Assembly (NCBI GenBank): GCA_964542305.1
Contig: CAZITX010000006.1
Location: 4,172 to 68,171 of the forward strand
Length of the DNA: 64,000 nt
Direction of reading: 5' to 3'
From: an uncultured Muribaculaceae bacterium
Lineage (GTDB): Bacteria > Bacteroidota > Bacteroidia > Bacteroidales > UBA932
A program made the position numbers and the translations under genes. This document shows positions 55,729-64,000 of this stretch, piece by piece. Below the pieces are notes generated by a model. That model worked only from the letters and a program-made list of their open reading frames with translations, was not told where the DNA came from and did no database searches. Every line of letters starts with the position of its first letter. The first letter of the stretch is position 1.

Positions 55729-57249
55729 ATGATGCTTTTCCGGAATAATGCCTTAAAACGTTTGGCCGGGGAAACCGCCGTGTACGGGATGAGTACCATC
55801 CTGGCCAGGGTTTTGAACTTTTTGCTGGTTCCCCTGTACACCCGCGTTCTTACAGATCAGGCGGCTTACGGGGTGGTTGCCGAGTTTATGGCGTACATTG
55901 CCGTATTGCAGGTGGTGCTGGTTTTGGGCCTGGAAACAGGTTGTTTCCGGTACGCATCGTTGGCCGGACAGAAGAACGACCGTGAGGGGGCATCCCGGGT
56001 ATTTTCCACTTCGCTGACCACGGTTACCCTGGTGGCCGGGCTGTTTTTTGCCACCGTCGTTTTGTGGAGGCAGCCCATTGCCGAGGCATTGGGGTACGGG
56101 AACAATTCGGAATGCATTTTTTACGTGGCAGGGATCCTCCTGCTGGACAGCATCACGGCTATCTTGTTCGCTCGTCTTCGCTACGAACACAAGGCCCTGA
56201 AATTTGCTGTCTTTAAAACCATCAAGATCTGTTGCGAGCTGGGATTCAACTTGATTTTCTTCCTTTGGGCTTCGGGATTTATGCAAGCCAACCCGGGATC
56301 GTTCCTGGAACGTTTCATACCGGCAGTCCCGGATTACAATTACGTGCTGTTTGCCATATTCCTTTCCTGCGTGGTGGCCTTATTGCTTTTCCTTCCGGAT
56401 CTTATAAGGAAAAACGCTTTTCTCTTTGACCGCAAACTCTGGACCCGCCTGATGATCTACTCATTGCCCCTGATGATCGCCGGATTGCCGGGGATCCTGA
56501 ACGATTTCAGCGACCGGTTGCTGTTCCGCTTTCTCATTCCCGAAGGTATTTCCTGGAGGGCTCAGATGGGCATATACCAGGCCGGGATCAAGCTGGCGGT
56601 ACTGATCAATTTGTTTATTCAAATGTTCCGCTACGCGGCCGAACCGTTCTTCTTTGGACAGTCGGAAGATAAAAACGCTCCGGGAACTTACGCCCGGGTT
56701 CTGGATTATTTTACCGGGTTTGCGATGCTTGTTTACCTGGGAATCCTGCTTTATATAGATCTTTTTGCACTCATACTGGGTGAAAATTACCGGGAGGGAA
56801 TAGTTGTGGTGCCTGTTATGGCACTGGCATACGTAATGCTGGGTATCTATTTCAACATCAGCATCTGGTTTAAATTATCCGGGAAAACCGGTTATGCCGT
56901 GCTCATTACATCGGCCGGTCTGGCAGTGACATTAGTGATTAATGTATTGTTTTTGCCGCGTTACGGGTATATGGCAGCCGCCTGGGGACACCTGGCCAGC
57001 TACCTGACCATGACCGTGATATGTGCCCTGATGGGCCGCAAACGCTATCCCATACCTTATAACTGGGTTAAGAACTTGTTTTATATAGGATTGGGAGTGG
57101 GTCTGTTCTTCTTTTCGCAATTGTTCAGCCAAATGGACCTTGTACCCAAATTGGTTATCAATACCGGAATTCTTTTGGTTTACCTGGCTATCTGGGCAGG
57201 GGCGGAAGGTTTCTACGGAAAGCTGCGCAGACTATGGCAGCGGCAATAG
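55729..57249 (+). CDS. Oligosaccharide/polysaccharide flippase-family membrane protein (MOP superfamily)
   Basis: 506 aa with about 12-14 TM segments. The N-terminus is ETAVYGMSTILARVLNFLLVPLYTRVL. Confidence 0.75.
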   Translation: MMLFRNNALKRLAGETAVYGMSTILARVLNFLLVPLYTRVLTDQAAYGVVAEFMAYIAVLQVVLVLGLETGCFRYASLAGQKNDREGASRVFSTSLTTVTLVAGLFFATVVLWRQPIAEALGYGNNSECIFYVAGILLLDSITAILFARLRYEHKALKFAVFKTIKICCELGFNLIFFLWASGFMQANPGSFLERFIPAVPDYNYVLFAIFLSCVVALLLFLPDLIRKNAFLFDRKLWTRLMIYSLPLMIAGLPGILNDFSDRLLFRFLIPEGISWRAQMGIYQAGIKLAVLINLFIQMFRYAAEPFFFGQSEDKNAPGTYARVLDYFTGFAMLVYLGILLYIDLFALILGENYREGIVVVPVMALAYVMLGIYFNISIWFKLSGKTGYAVLITSAGLAVTLVINVLFLPRYGYMAAAWGHLASYLTMTVICALMGRKRYPIPYNWVKNLFYIGLGVGLFFFSQLFSQMDLVPKLVINTGILLVYLAIWAGAEGFYGKLRRLWQRQ

Positions 57250-57940
57250 CTACGTTCAGGGATTCAGATCCTTCCCGGTAAGAGGGAATAAACAATTTTG
57301 TCTGAATGGTTTCCATCACAGGAGGAGTGATCCCCGTGGATTCATTTCCCATAACAACGATGCCTTCGGCAGGCAGCGAAAGGGTGTTTATGTCTGAGCC
57401 TCCTTGCAAAACGGTTCCCAATACCGGGAGTTGTGTTTCCTTCAGGAGGGGTTCCAGTGACGTATAATAAACGGGGACCCTCAGAATCGCACCCATTGTG
57501 GATTGGACTGTCTTGGAATTGTATAGATCCACACAGTCCGGGGAAGCATAAACTGCCGCAATGTTGAACCAGTCTGCCAGGCGAAGTATGGTGCCGAAAT
57601 TCCCGGGATCCTGCACCCCGTCCAGTACAAGGTACAGGTTTCCTTGCTGTGGGACGGCCGGCTTGATGTCCGGAATGGCCACCACGGCCAAAGCTCCTGA
57701 AGGGGTATACTGTAACGATATACGATCCATTTCAGTGGCAGTCACATATTCCACCACAATATCCTTTGGTGTTTCCAAAACACCTTCCTGCAGGAACAGT
57801 CTTTTGATGACATAAGGTCCGGGCGCTGCCAGCAACTCGGCAATCATTTTTTTCCCCTCTATAATAAACTCCTTTTTTTCCTGACGGAATTTCTTCTGGT
57901 TCAGGGATCTGATGGATTTTATATCGGCTTTGCTCAACAT
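57188..57940 (-). CDS. TrmH/SpoU-family RNA 2'-O-methyltransferase
   Basis: 250 aa. The motifs are LDGVQDPGNFGTILR, VVMGNESTGI and ESLNVAIAAAI. The 3' end overlaps the convergent flippase gene by 62 nt. Confidence 0.82.
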   Translation of the reverse strand: MLSKADIKSIRSLNQKKFRQEKKEFIIEGKKMIAELLAAPGPYVIKRLFLQEGVLETPKDIVVEYVTATEMDRISLQYTPSGALAVVAIPDIKPAVPQQGNLYLVLDGVQDPGNFGTILRLADWFNIAAVYASPDCVDLYNSKTVQSTMGAILRVPVYYTSLEPLLKETQLPVLGTVLQGGSDINTLSLPAEGIVVMGNESTGITPPVMETIQTKLFIPSYREGSESLNVAIAAAIVCAAFRRNLPPLPR

Positions 57941-57944
57941 GGTA

Positions 57945-59333
57945 TTAGTATCCCAGTACCTTTAACATGGATTTATACGTTTGTTCCTTGGAAAACAATT
58001 TGGTGTAGTATTCCCCGTCTTCTTCTCCGATAATGACCATTTTTGGGGCCGGCATCAGGCAATGCTGTACGCCTCCGAACCCGGAGATGGATTCCTGGTA
58101 GGCCCCGGTATTGAAGAATCCTATGTAAAGCGGTTCCCCGTTCTCGTTTTTAGGAAGGAACACGGCATTGGCATGTGCTTCCGCGTTGTAGTAATCCTGG
58201 GAATCACAGGTCAAACCACCCAGGAACACGCGTTGGTAGGGTTCGTTCCATTTGTTGATGGGCAGAAGTATAAAACGCCGTTTGATCCCCCAGGTATCGG
58301 GCAGGGTAGTCATAAAAGAAGAGTCTATCATATACCACCTTTCCCGGTCGTTTTGTTGCTTTTCACCAAGTACCTGGTATATGTTCGCCCCGCTTTCCCC
58401 CACGGTAAACGATCCGAACTCGGTAAATATGTCCGGTTCTTTTACATTACGACTGGCACATATGCTTTTGATCTGGGCAATGATCTCTTCTGTCATATAC
58501 TCATAATCGTAATCAAAAGAAAGAGAATTTCTTACAGGAAAGCCACCTCCAAGGTTCAGGGAGTTCAGATCTTCACAAAAATTTTTAAGGTCGCAATACA
58601 CGTTCACGCATTTGGCCAGTTCGTTCCAATAATATGCGTTGTCCTGGATACCGGTATTTATGAAGAAGTGGAGCATCTTGAGTTTGAACTTGGGATTCCT
58701 TTTGATGTATTTATGGTAAAACGGGACTACATCGCTGTAACGGATCCCCAACCGGCTGGTATAAAATTCAAATTTCGGTTCCTCTTCCGCAGCTATACGG
58801 ATCCCGATCTTGCATTCTTTTTCCACGGTCTTGTCCAGGGCTTCAATTTCGGGCATGTTGTCCAATATGGAAATGGTGTTTTCCCAGCCCGAATTCATAA
58901 GATTGGCAATGTTTTCCACGTATTGCTGTTTCTTATAACCGTTGCAGATCACGTAAAGATCCTTGTCCACGATCTTTTGTTCGTAAAGCGATTCGATCAG
59001 GTTAAGATCAAATGCGGAAGAAGTTTCTATATGGATATCGTTCTTAAGAGCTTCCTCCATCACAAATGAAAAATGAGACGATTTGGTACAGTAACAGTAA
59101 TGGTATTCCGCATCGTAATCCACCTTGGCCATTGCCACGTTGAACAGTCTTTTTGCTTTCTGTATCTGTTTGCTTATCTGTGGCAGATAGTAAAACTTTA
59201 AAGGTGTTCCGTATTGCTGGATTAAATTCATTACCGGTATGTCGTGAAACAGAAGTTCACCGTCTTCAACCCTGAATTCTTCCTGCGGAAAATCAAAACT
59301 CTGCTGTATCAGATCTATGTACTTGTTTTTCAT
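57945..59333 (-). CDS. speA: Type III PLP-dependent decarboxylase, short arginine decarboxylase-like
   Basis: 462 aa. The segments QQYGTPLKFYYLPQI, CYCTKSSHF (PLP Lys context) and HIETSSAFDL resemble the ~460-aa arginine decarboxylases of Bacteroidota. Confidence 0.7.
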   Translation of the reverse strand: MKNKYIDLIQQSFDFPQEEFRVEDGELLFHDIPVMNLIQQYGTPLKFYYLPQISKQIQKAKRLFNVAMAKVDYDAEYHYCYCTKSSHFSFVMEEALKNDIHIETSSAFDLNLIESLYEQKIVDKDLYVICNGYKKQQYVENIANLMNSGWENTISILDNMPEIEALDKTVEKECKIGIRIAAEEEPKFEFYTSRLGIRYSDVVPFYHKYIKRNPKFKLKMLHFFINTGIQDNAYYWNELAKCVNVYCDLKNFCEDLNSLNLGGGFPVRNSLSFDYDYEYMTEEIIAQIKSICASRNVKEPDIFTEFGSFTVGESGANIYQVLGEKQQNDRERWYMIDSSFMTTLPDTWGIKRRFILLPINKWNEPYQRVFLGGLTCDSQDYYNAEAHANAVFLPKNENGEPLYIGFFNTGAYQESISGFGGVQHCLMPAPKMVIIGEEDGEYYTKLFSKEQTYKSMLKVLGY

Positions 59334-59392
59334 TTTTGAAATGTAAGTGAGTTACTTTTGCTAAAATTATACAATGTAAACGAATCGGATTG

Positions 59393-59400
59393 CAAATATA
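59393..59400 (-). promoter_or_regulatory. -7 promoter box (TATATTTG) for speA
   Basis: The plus strand reads CAAATATA. It lies 59 nt upstream of the ATG at 59333. Confidence 0.35.
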
Positions 59401-59441
59401 AAGGAATATTTACAGGTAGTATAGTATTTGTCCTTTTTTTC

Positions 59442-59449
59442 TACTTTTG
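59442..59449 (+). promoter_or_regulatory. -7 promoter box (TACTTTTG) for the TamL-like gene
   Basis: Matches TAnnTTTG and lies 4 nt before the ATG at 59454. Confidence 0.4.
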
Positions 59450-59453
59450 TATT

Positions 59454-61712
59454 ATGCGTAAAAGCCGGGGGTTTCTCATTATTTCAGTCATTTCTTTATT
59501 GCTGAATTTTATTTTATCGGGATGTGCTGCAACACGTTACGTGCCCGAAGGAGAATACCTTTTAAAAAAGAATACGGTTGAGGTTGTTCCCAGAAAAATT
59601 GTGCCCGTATCATCCCTGACTCCGTATATCCGTCAAAAACCCAATACCAGTATAGTTTTTGGTTGGAAGGCTTTCCTGAATATTTACAGTCTGAGTCCCG
59701 AAAAAGACAACGGATGGAGCCGGTTTTTACGCCGACTGGGTGAACCGCCTGTTGTATTTGATCCGCAGCTGATCGATTACAGCAAGAGGAATATGGATAA
59801 TTACCTGACATCCCTGGGCTATTATTTTAATACCATTACCGATTCTGTAACCTACCATAAACAAAAGGCTACCGTTCATTACGATGTTATGCCGGGTAAA
59901 ACATATACGGTAGATTCCATTGCTTTGAGCCGGGCGGACACCAACCTGACCCGTTTGTATGAACAGAACCTGGACCGTTCCCTTATAAAGACAGGAGACA
60001 GGCTTTCTTCCCTGACACTGGAAAAAGAAGCTGCCCGCATAAGCACCGTAATGAGAAACAACGGGTATTACAATTTCAACAGGAGCCTGGTCTCTTTCAG
60101 GGCAGATACCCTGGAACAGGACGGAACAGCCAGCCTGGAAGTGCTTTTACCGGCAGATTCCTCCCAAAAACCCTACCGCATCAGGAATATTGATGTGTAT
60201 CCGGGTTATGACCCCATGCAAGCCGTTATGGACTCTTCCTATTATTCTCAAATGGACACGCTTAATTACAGGGATATGGTGTTCCATTTCAAAGGAAAAC
60301 CTACTATCCGGCCGAAGGTGATCAGGAATATGAGTTACATTCTTCCGGGAGAACTGTACAACGAATCCAAAGTAAAAACTACTTACGACCGCTTTTCCTA
60401 TATAAGTCTGTTTAACGGGGTGACGTTGCTTTTTGACGAAGTCCCCGGATCCCTGCAAAGGGATACTGCACTGGTAGATTGTACCATCCGTCTGAGCCCG
60501 GGCAATTCACAGGGTTACAAACTGAACCTGGAAGCGTCCAGCAACTCAAACGGCCTGATAGGGATCTCTCCGGCATTATCCTATTACCATAAAAATATTT
60601 TCCGGGGAGGGGAGTGGCTGACATTGGGCTTTATGGGGAACTTCCAGTTTAAATTGAAAGATCCCACCCGTGCCACTGAACTGGGCGCCTCGTTGTCCCT
60701 TTCTTTTCCAAAAATGCTTTTTCCCATAAGTCAGCGAATTTTCCGCGGACGTGTTCCCCGCACGGATGTCTCGGCAAGTTACAATTACCAATCCCGTCCG
60801 GAATATACGCGGAATATTGTTTCCACCACTTTCGGTTATGTCTGGAGTATGGGAGAGAATTTCCACTACACAGTAAACCCACTGCGATTGAAACTGGTTA
60901 AGCTCTACAATATGAGTCCGGGATTTCTGGCATCCCTGAACGATCCGTTTTTGATCGATACTTACAGGGACCACTTTGACCTGGGATTTTCTTCCATTTT
61001 TTATTACACCAGCGACAACTCCACCGTACACCGCAACAGCTGGCATTACGTCAGGCTGGGGCTGGAATCGGCAGGAAATTTTCTGAGTGCCTTCAATTCC
61101 CTGATGCAGACAGATACCACCGGAAGTTACACCATAGGAGGGATTGCTTATTCGCAATACATTAAAGCCGAATTGAACACGGGGTATACTTTTATTCGTA
61201 ACAAGCACCAGCTGGCGGGACGATTCTATGCCGGAATTGGGGTGCCTTACGGAAACGCTTCTACGCTTCCCCTGGAGCAAATGTTTTTTGCCGGAGGGGC
61301 AAACAGTCTTAGGGGCTGGCAGGCCCGAACGGTAGGTCCCGGTTCCATGCCGGTAGATTCCACGTTTACCATTCCTAACCAGGCCGGGGATATCCGGCTG
61401 GAAGTGAACCTGGAATACCGTTTCCCGCTTTTCTGGAAGCTGGAAGGTGCGATCTTTGCCGATGCCGGAAACATCTGGACTTTGCCCCGGGAAGAAGCAG
61501 CCGAAGCGGGTGTTTTTCGCTGGAATAATTTTTATAAAAGCATTGCCATGGATACGGGCCTGGGGATCCGTGTGAACCTGGATTTTGTCATCCTGCGACT
61601 GGATTTGGGAATGATAGTGAGAAATCCCGTAAAACAGGCATGGGTGCCCGTTTCCCAATGGTTAAAGCGGGAAAATTACGCGATCCAGTTTGGTGTGGGA
61701 TACCCGTTCTAA
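59454..61712 (+). CDS. BamA/TamA-family outer-membrane protein, lipoprotein form (TamL-like)
   Basis: Start trimmed to MRKSRGFLIISVISLLLNFILSGC (lipobox). POTRA-like N-terminal regions are followed by a C-terminal Omp85 barrel (FFAGGANSLRGW...FADAGNIW...GVGYPF). Confidence 0.8.
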   Translation: MRKSRGFLIISVISLLLNFILSGCAATRYVPEGEYLLKKNTVEVVPRKIVPVSSLTPYIRQKPNTSIVFGWKAFLNIYSLSPEKDNGWSRFLRRLGEPPVVFDPQLIDYSKRNMDNYLTSLGYYFNTITDSVTYHKQKATVHYDVMPGKTYTVDSIALSRADTNLTRLYEQNLDRSLIKTGDRLSSLTLEKEAARISTVMRNNGYYNFNRSLVSFRADTLEQDGTASLEVLLPADSSQKPYRIRNIDVYPGYDPMQAVMDSSYYSQMDTLNYRDMVFHFKGKPTIRPKVIRNMSYILPGELYNESKVKTTYDRFSYISLFNGVTLLFDEVPGSLQRDTALVDCTIRLSPGNSQGYKLNLEASSNSNGLIGISPALSYYHKNIFRGGEWLTLGFMGNFQFKLKDPTRATELGASLSLSFPKMLFPISQRIFRGRVPRTDVSASYNYQSRPEYTRNIVSTTFGYVWSMGENFHYTVNPLRLKLVKLYNMSPGFLASLNDPFLIDTYRDHFDLGFSSIFYYTSDNSTVHRNSWHYVRLGLESAGNFLSAFNSLMQTDTTGSYTIGGIAYSQYIKAELNTGYTFIRNKHQLAGRFYAGIGVPYGNASTLPLEQMFFAGGANSLRGWQARTVGPGSMPVDSTFTIPNQAGDIRLEVNLEYRFPLFWKLEGAIFADAGNIWTLPREEAAEAGVFRWNNFYKSIAMDTGLGIRVNLDFVILRLDLGMIVRNPVKQAWVPVSQWLKRENYAIQFGVGYPF

Positions 61713-63616
61713 AGTTTCATTCCTTCACGATACAGTCGGAAAAGTTCTATGGCCTGGTACTCGGCCATTCCCAGTTTGTCATAAAGCACTGCCGTATTGT
61801 GATTGCGCTCCTCGGCCCTTCTCCAGAATTCACGCGGGTCGTTCCCCGGGAACATGGCCGGATCTTTCTGGCTCTGGTGGCGGAATATGGCGTTTCTTTT
61901 AATGACCACTTCCTCGGGGCTTAAGGGAACGGCCATATCTACATCGGCAACGTCCCATTCCTGCCAGGCACCACGGTAGAGCCACAGGCGGCAATCTTTC
62001 ATCCAGGGTCTGTCTTTGAGTTGTTTCAACGCTTCCAGTATAGCCATATAGCATACACGGTGCGTACCGTGGGGGTCGCTCAGATCACCTGCGGCAAAAA
62101 TCTGGTGTGGTTTCACTTTTTCCAGGAGATCACAGATAATGCGTATATCTTCGTCAGACAAAGCTTTTTTCTTGACCCCTCCTGTCTCATAGAAAGGCAT
62201 TTCCAGAAAATGCACGTGTTCGGGTGCAATGTCCAGGTACTCACAGGCAGATTTGGCTTCTCCCCGGCGGATCATTGTCTTAACCTGACGAATGGCCGTG
62301 GTGTCCGGCTCCCCGGGTTTTTTGTTGGCCATATCCTTGCGGGCCTGCTCGAAAATGGCTTTTGTTTTTTCCTGATCCAGCCCGTATACGGGAGATATTT
62401 CCTTCAGGAAATCCAGGAAACGGGTAACTTCGTGATCAAATACGGCAATATTGCCGGAAGTATGATAGGCTATATGTAATATGTGTCCCTGATCTGCCAA
62501 CCGGGCCACAGTCCCTCCCATAGAGATCACGTCATCATCGGGGTGGGGACTGAATACGATCACGCGTTTGGGATAGGGCAGGGCTCTTTCCGGACGGGTG
62601 GAATCGTCGGCATTGGGTTTTCCCCCCGGCCAACCGGTAATACTGTGCTGCAGGAAGTTGAACGTATCTATGTTGATCTTGCTGAAAGGTCCGCGTTCCG
62701 TGATCAGATCACTCATCCCGTTATCGTTGTAATCCCGGGCTGTAAGTTTCAGAATGGGCTTGTCCAGGTGACGGCACAACCAGAATACGGCTTTCCGGGT
62801 CAATTCTTCAGTCCACACGCAGGGTCCTGTAAGCCAAGGTGTTGCAACTCGGGTTAATTCTTCCGAAGCCGCCCTGTCAATGATCACTTCTGTCTGGGTA
62901 TGGTTTTGCAGGTAGCTGGAGGGATTGGTTTCATCTACTTTGCCTTCCACCATTTTCCTAACAGATTTTGCTTCACCTTCTCCCCAGGCCAGGTAATAAA
63001 TGGAACGACATTCCAGGATGGTCTGGATGCCCATTGTCAGGGAATAATTGGGCACGTAATCAACGCCAAAGAATTCACTGGCAGCCGATATCCGTGTACT
63101 TGTATTGAGTGTGATCAAACGGGTCCGGGAACTGTAATGGGAACCGGGTTCGTTGGTACCCATCCCGGAGGTGATCAATACGTCAATACCACCGTAAGAG
63201 GCTATCTTGTTTTCGAAATCTGCACAATGACGGGCAACCTGGGAGCGGGGAATGTCTCCGTCCAGGTAATGGATCTGGGTAGGAGGGATGTCCAGGACAT
63301 CAAAAACGTATTCCTTCAGAAAACGGTAATGAGATTGTATTTCATCTTTGTGTAACGGATAATATTCATTAATACTGAACACCACCACGTTTTTGAAACT
63401 TCTTCCGTTTTGGTACGCTTTAGCAAAAAGTTCGTAAACGGGAATCATGGCAGGCCGTGATGAGAGTCCCAGAACCAGTTTCTTTCCCTGCGATTCTTTT
63501 TGAGTAAGTATAGTCAGGATATTTTCCACAAGATACGTAGAGGCTTCCACCTGGTCATCGTATATAAATACAGGTAAATTCTCGTACCTTCTGCTGAAAT
63601 CGTAATTTACTGTCAT
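61709..63616 (-). CDS. nagB: Long-form glucosamine-6-phosphate deaminase (NagB-like N-domain plus LmbE/PIG-L deacetylase-like C-domain)
   Basis: 635 aa. The N-terminal part is sugar-isomerase-like. The C-terminal part carries the motif VIVFSPHPDDDVISMGGT. Confidence 0.8.
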   Translation of the reverse strand: MTVNYDFSRRYENLPVFIYDDQVEASTYLVENILTILTQKESQGKKLVLGLSSRPAMIPVYELFAKAYQNGRSFKNVVVFSINEYYPLHKDEIQSHYRFLKEYVFDVLDIPPTQIHYLDGDIPRSQVARHCADFENKIASYGGIDVLITSGMGTNEPGSHYSSRTRLITLNTSTRISAASEFFGVDYVPNYSLTMGIQTILECRSIYYLAWGEGEAKSVRKMVEGKVDETNPSSYLQNHTQTEVIIDRAASEELTRVATPWLTGPCVWTEELTRKAVFWLCRHLDKPILKLTARDYNDNGMSDLITERGPFSKINIDTFNFLQHSITGWPGGKPNADDSTRPERALPYPKRVIVFSPHPDDDVISMGGTVARLADQGHILHIAYHTSGNIAVFDHEVTRFLDFLKEISPVYGLDQEKTKAIFEQARKDMANKKPGEPDTTAIRQVKTMIRRGEAKSACEYLDIAPEHVHFLEMPFYETGGVKKKALSDEDIRIICDLLEKVKPHQIFAAGDLSDPHGTHRVCYMAILEALKQLKDRPWMKDCRLWLYRGAWQEWDVADVDMAVPLSPEEVVIKRNAIFRHQSQKDPAMFPGNDPREFWRRAEERNHNTAVLYDKLGMAEYQAIELFRLYREGMKL

Positions 63617-63618
63617 AA

Positions 63619-64000
63619 TTATTCTTGTATATCTTGTTGTGACATGAGGTAAGTTTGCCTGAAGGCGACTACCTTACGGACCAGGGATTCCATTTGTTCA
63701 AGCGGCAACATATTGCTTCCGTCGGACAGTGCCTGAGCAGGATTGGGATGTGTTTCAAGGAACAGACCATCGGCCCCTGCAGCCACCCCGGCAACTGCCA
63801 TGGTTGAGATCATTTTGGGATCGCCTCCTGCAATGCCTCTTGTCTGGTTGGGCTTTTGCAGGGAATGCGTTACATCCAGGACCACGGGAACATGCAGTTT
63901 CTTCATGATGGGAATGCTGCGTACATCAAAGATCAGGTCTGTGTAACCAAACTGGGCACCTCTTTCGGTCAGCATGATATGCTCCCGGATGGCTCCAAAC
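63619..64000 (-). CDS. kdsA: 3-deoxy-8-phosphooctulonate synthase, partial: the N-terminus lies beyond the window end
   Basis: The frame stays open to the window edge. The sequence reads ...LTERGAQFGYTDLIFDVRSIPIMKKLHVPVVLDVTHSLQKP...GADGLFLETHPNP... Confidence 0.88.
   Translation of the reverse strand, partial: FGAIREHIMLTERGAQFGYTDLIFDVRSIPIMKKLHVPVVLDVTHSLQKPNQTRGIAGGDPKMISTMAVAGVAAGADGLFLETHPNPAQALSDGSNMLPLEQMESLVRKVVAFRQTYLMSQQDIQE

Noticed and set aside
57981-59069. 362-aa plus-strand ORF opposite speA. Similar long antisense ORFs occur at 60576-61658 (-), 54972-55841 (-), 14214-15089 (+), 39302-40009 (+), 38021-38590 (+), 12058-12462 (+) and 15659-16057 (-).
   Set aside because: All of them lie fully inside strongly supported genes on the other strand. 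They have no recognisable motifs and show typical antisense-frame composition.

Overview
This 64-kb chromosomal segment has the hallmarks of a Bacteroidota (Bacteroidales-like) genome. GC is roughly 45-50% by eye. TAnnTTTG -7 promoter boxes precede many genes, and there are many lipoprotein signal peptides. Typical gene content includes SurE-LpxB, a DnaN-exonuclease pair, a TamL-like Omp85, PCMD/BACON/LamG surface proteins, DUF3467, a C69 dipeptidase and the long NagB-LmbE form. I support about 47 protein genes (two truncated by the window edges) and one tRNA-Thr(CGT). I recognised no rRNA, CRISPR array, prophage or defence genes.

Most genes are housekeeping:
- Replication and repair: dnaN, a DnaQ-like exonuclease, ligA, recQ.
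- Central metabolism: gap, pckA, a PPi-type PFK, ispG.
- Translation: valS, an ABC-F ATPase, rlmB/TrmH methyltransferases.
- Envelope: lpxB, kdsC, kdsA, a TamL-like protein, tatAC, flippases.
- A polysaccharide operon, rfbA-rfbB-ugd-wzx.

The unusual part is the first ~12 kb. A low-GC gene for an HUH/Y1 REP-associated tyrosine transposase (RAYT-like, 9377-10237) is bracketed by two inverted REP doublets. Related 19-23 nt REP units, often arranged as ~100-108 nt REPIN/MITE-like doublets, are scattered through the neighbouring intergenic spaces. Several sit exactly on cistron junctions of the rfb operon, where they supply start codons, stop codons and C-terminal tails of genes.

Other points worth a second look:
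- An in-frame LpxB-Ogt (MGMT) fusion ORF.
- A 24-bp x3 in-frame tandem repeat (MARWERES) in an HI0933-type flavoprotein.
- A fused SBP-SBP-permease gene with a repeat-encoded Ala/Pro linker and no ATPase partner.
- A degenerate FAH-like orphan next to the RAYT.
- Three promoter boxes spaced as if they drive leaderless mRNAs.

All calls come from reading the sequence and the ORF translations. No database search was run.
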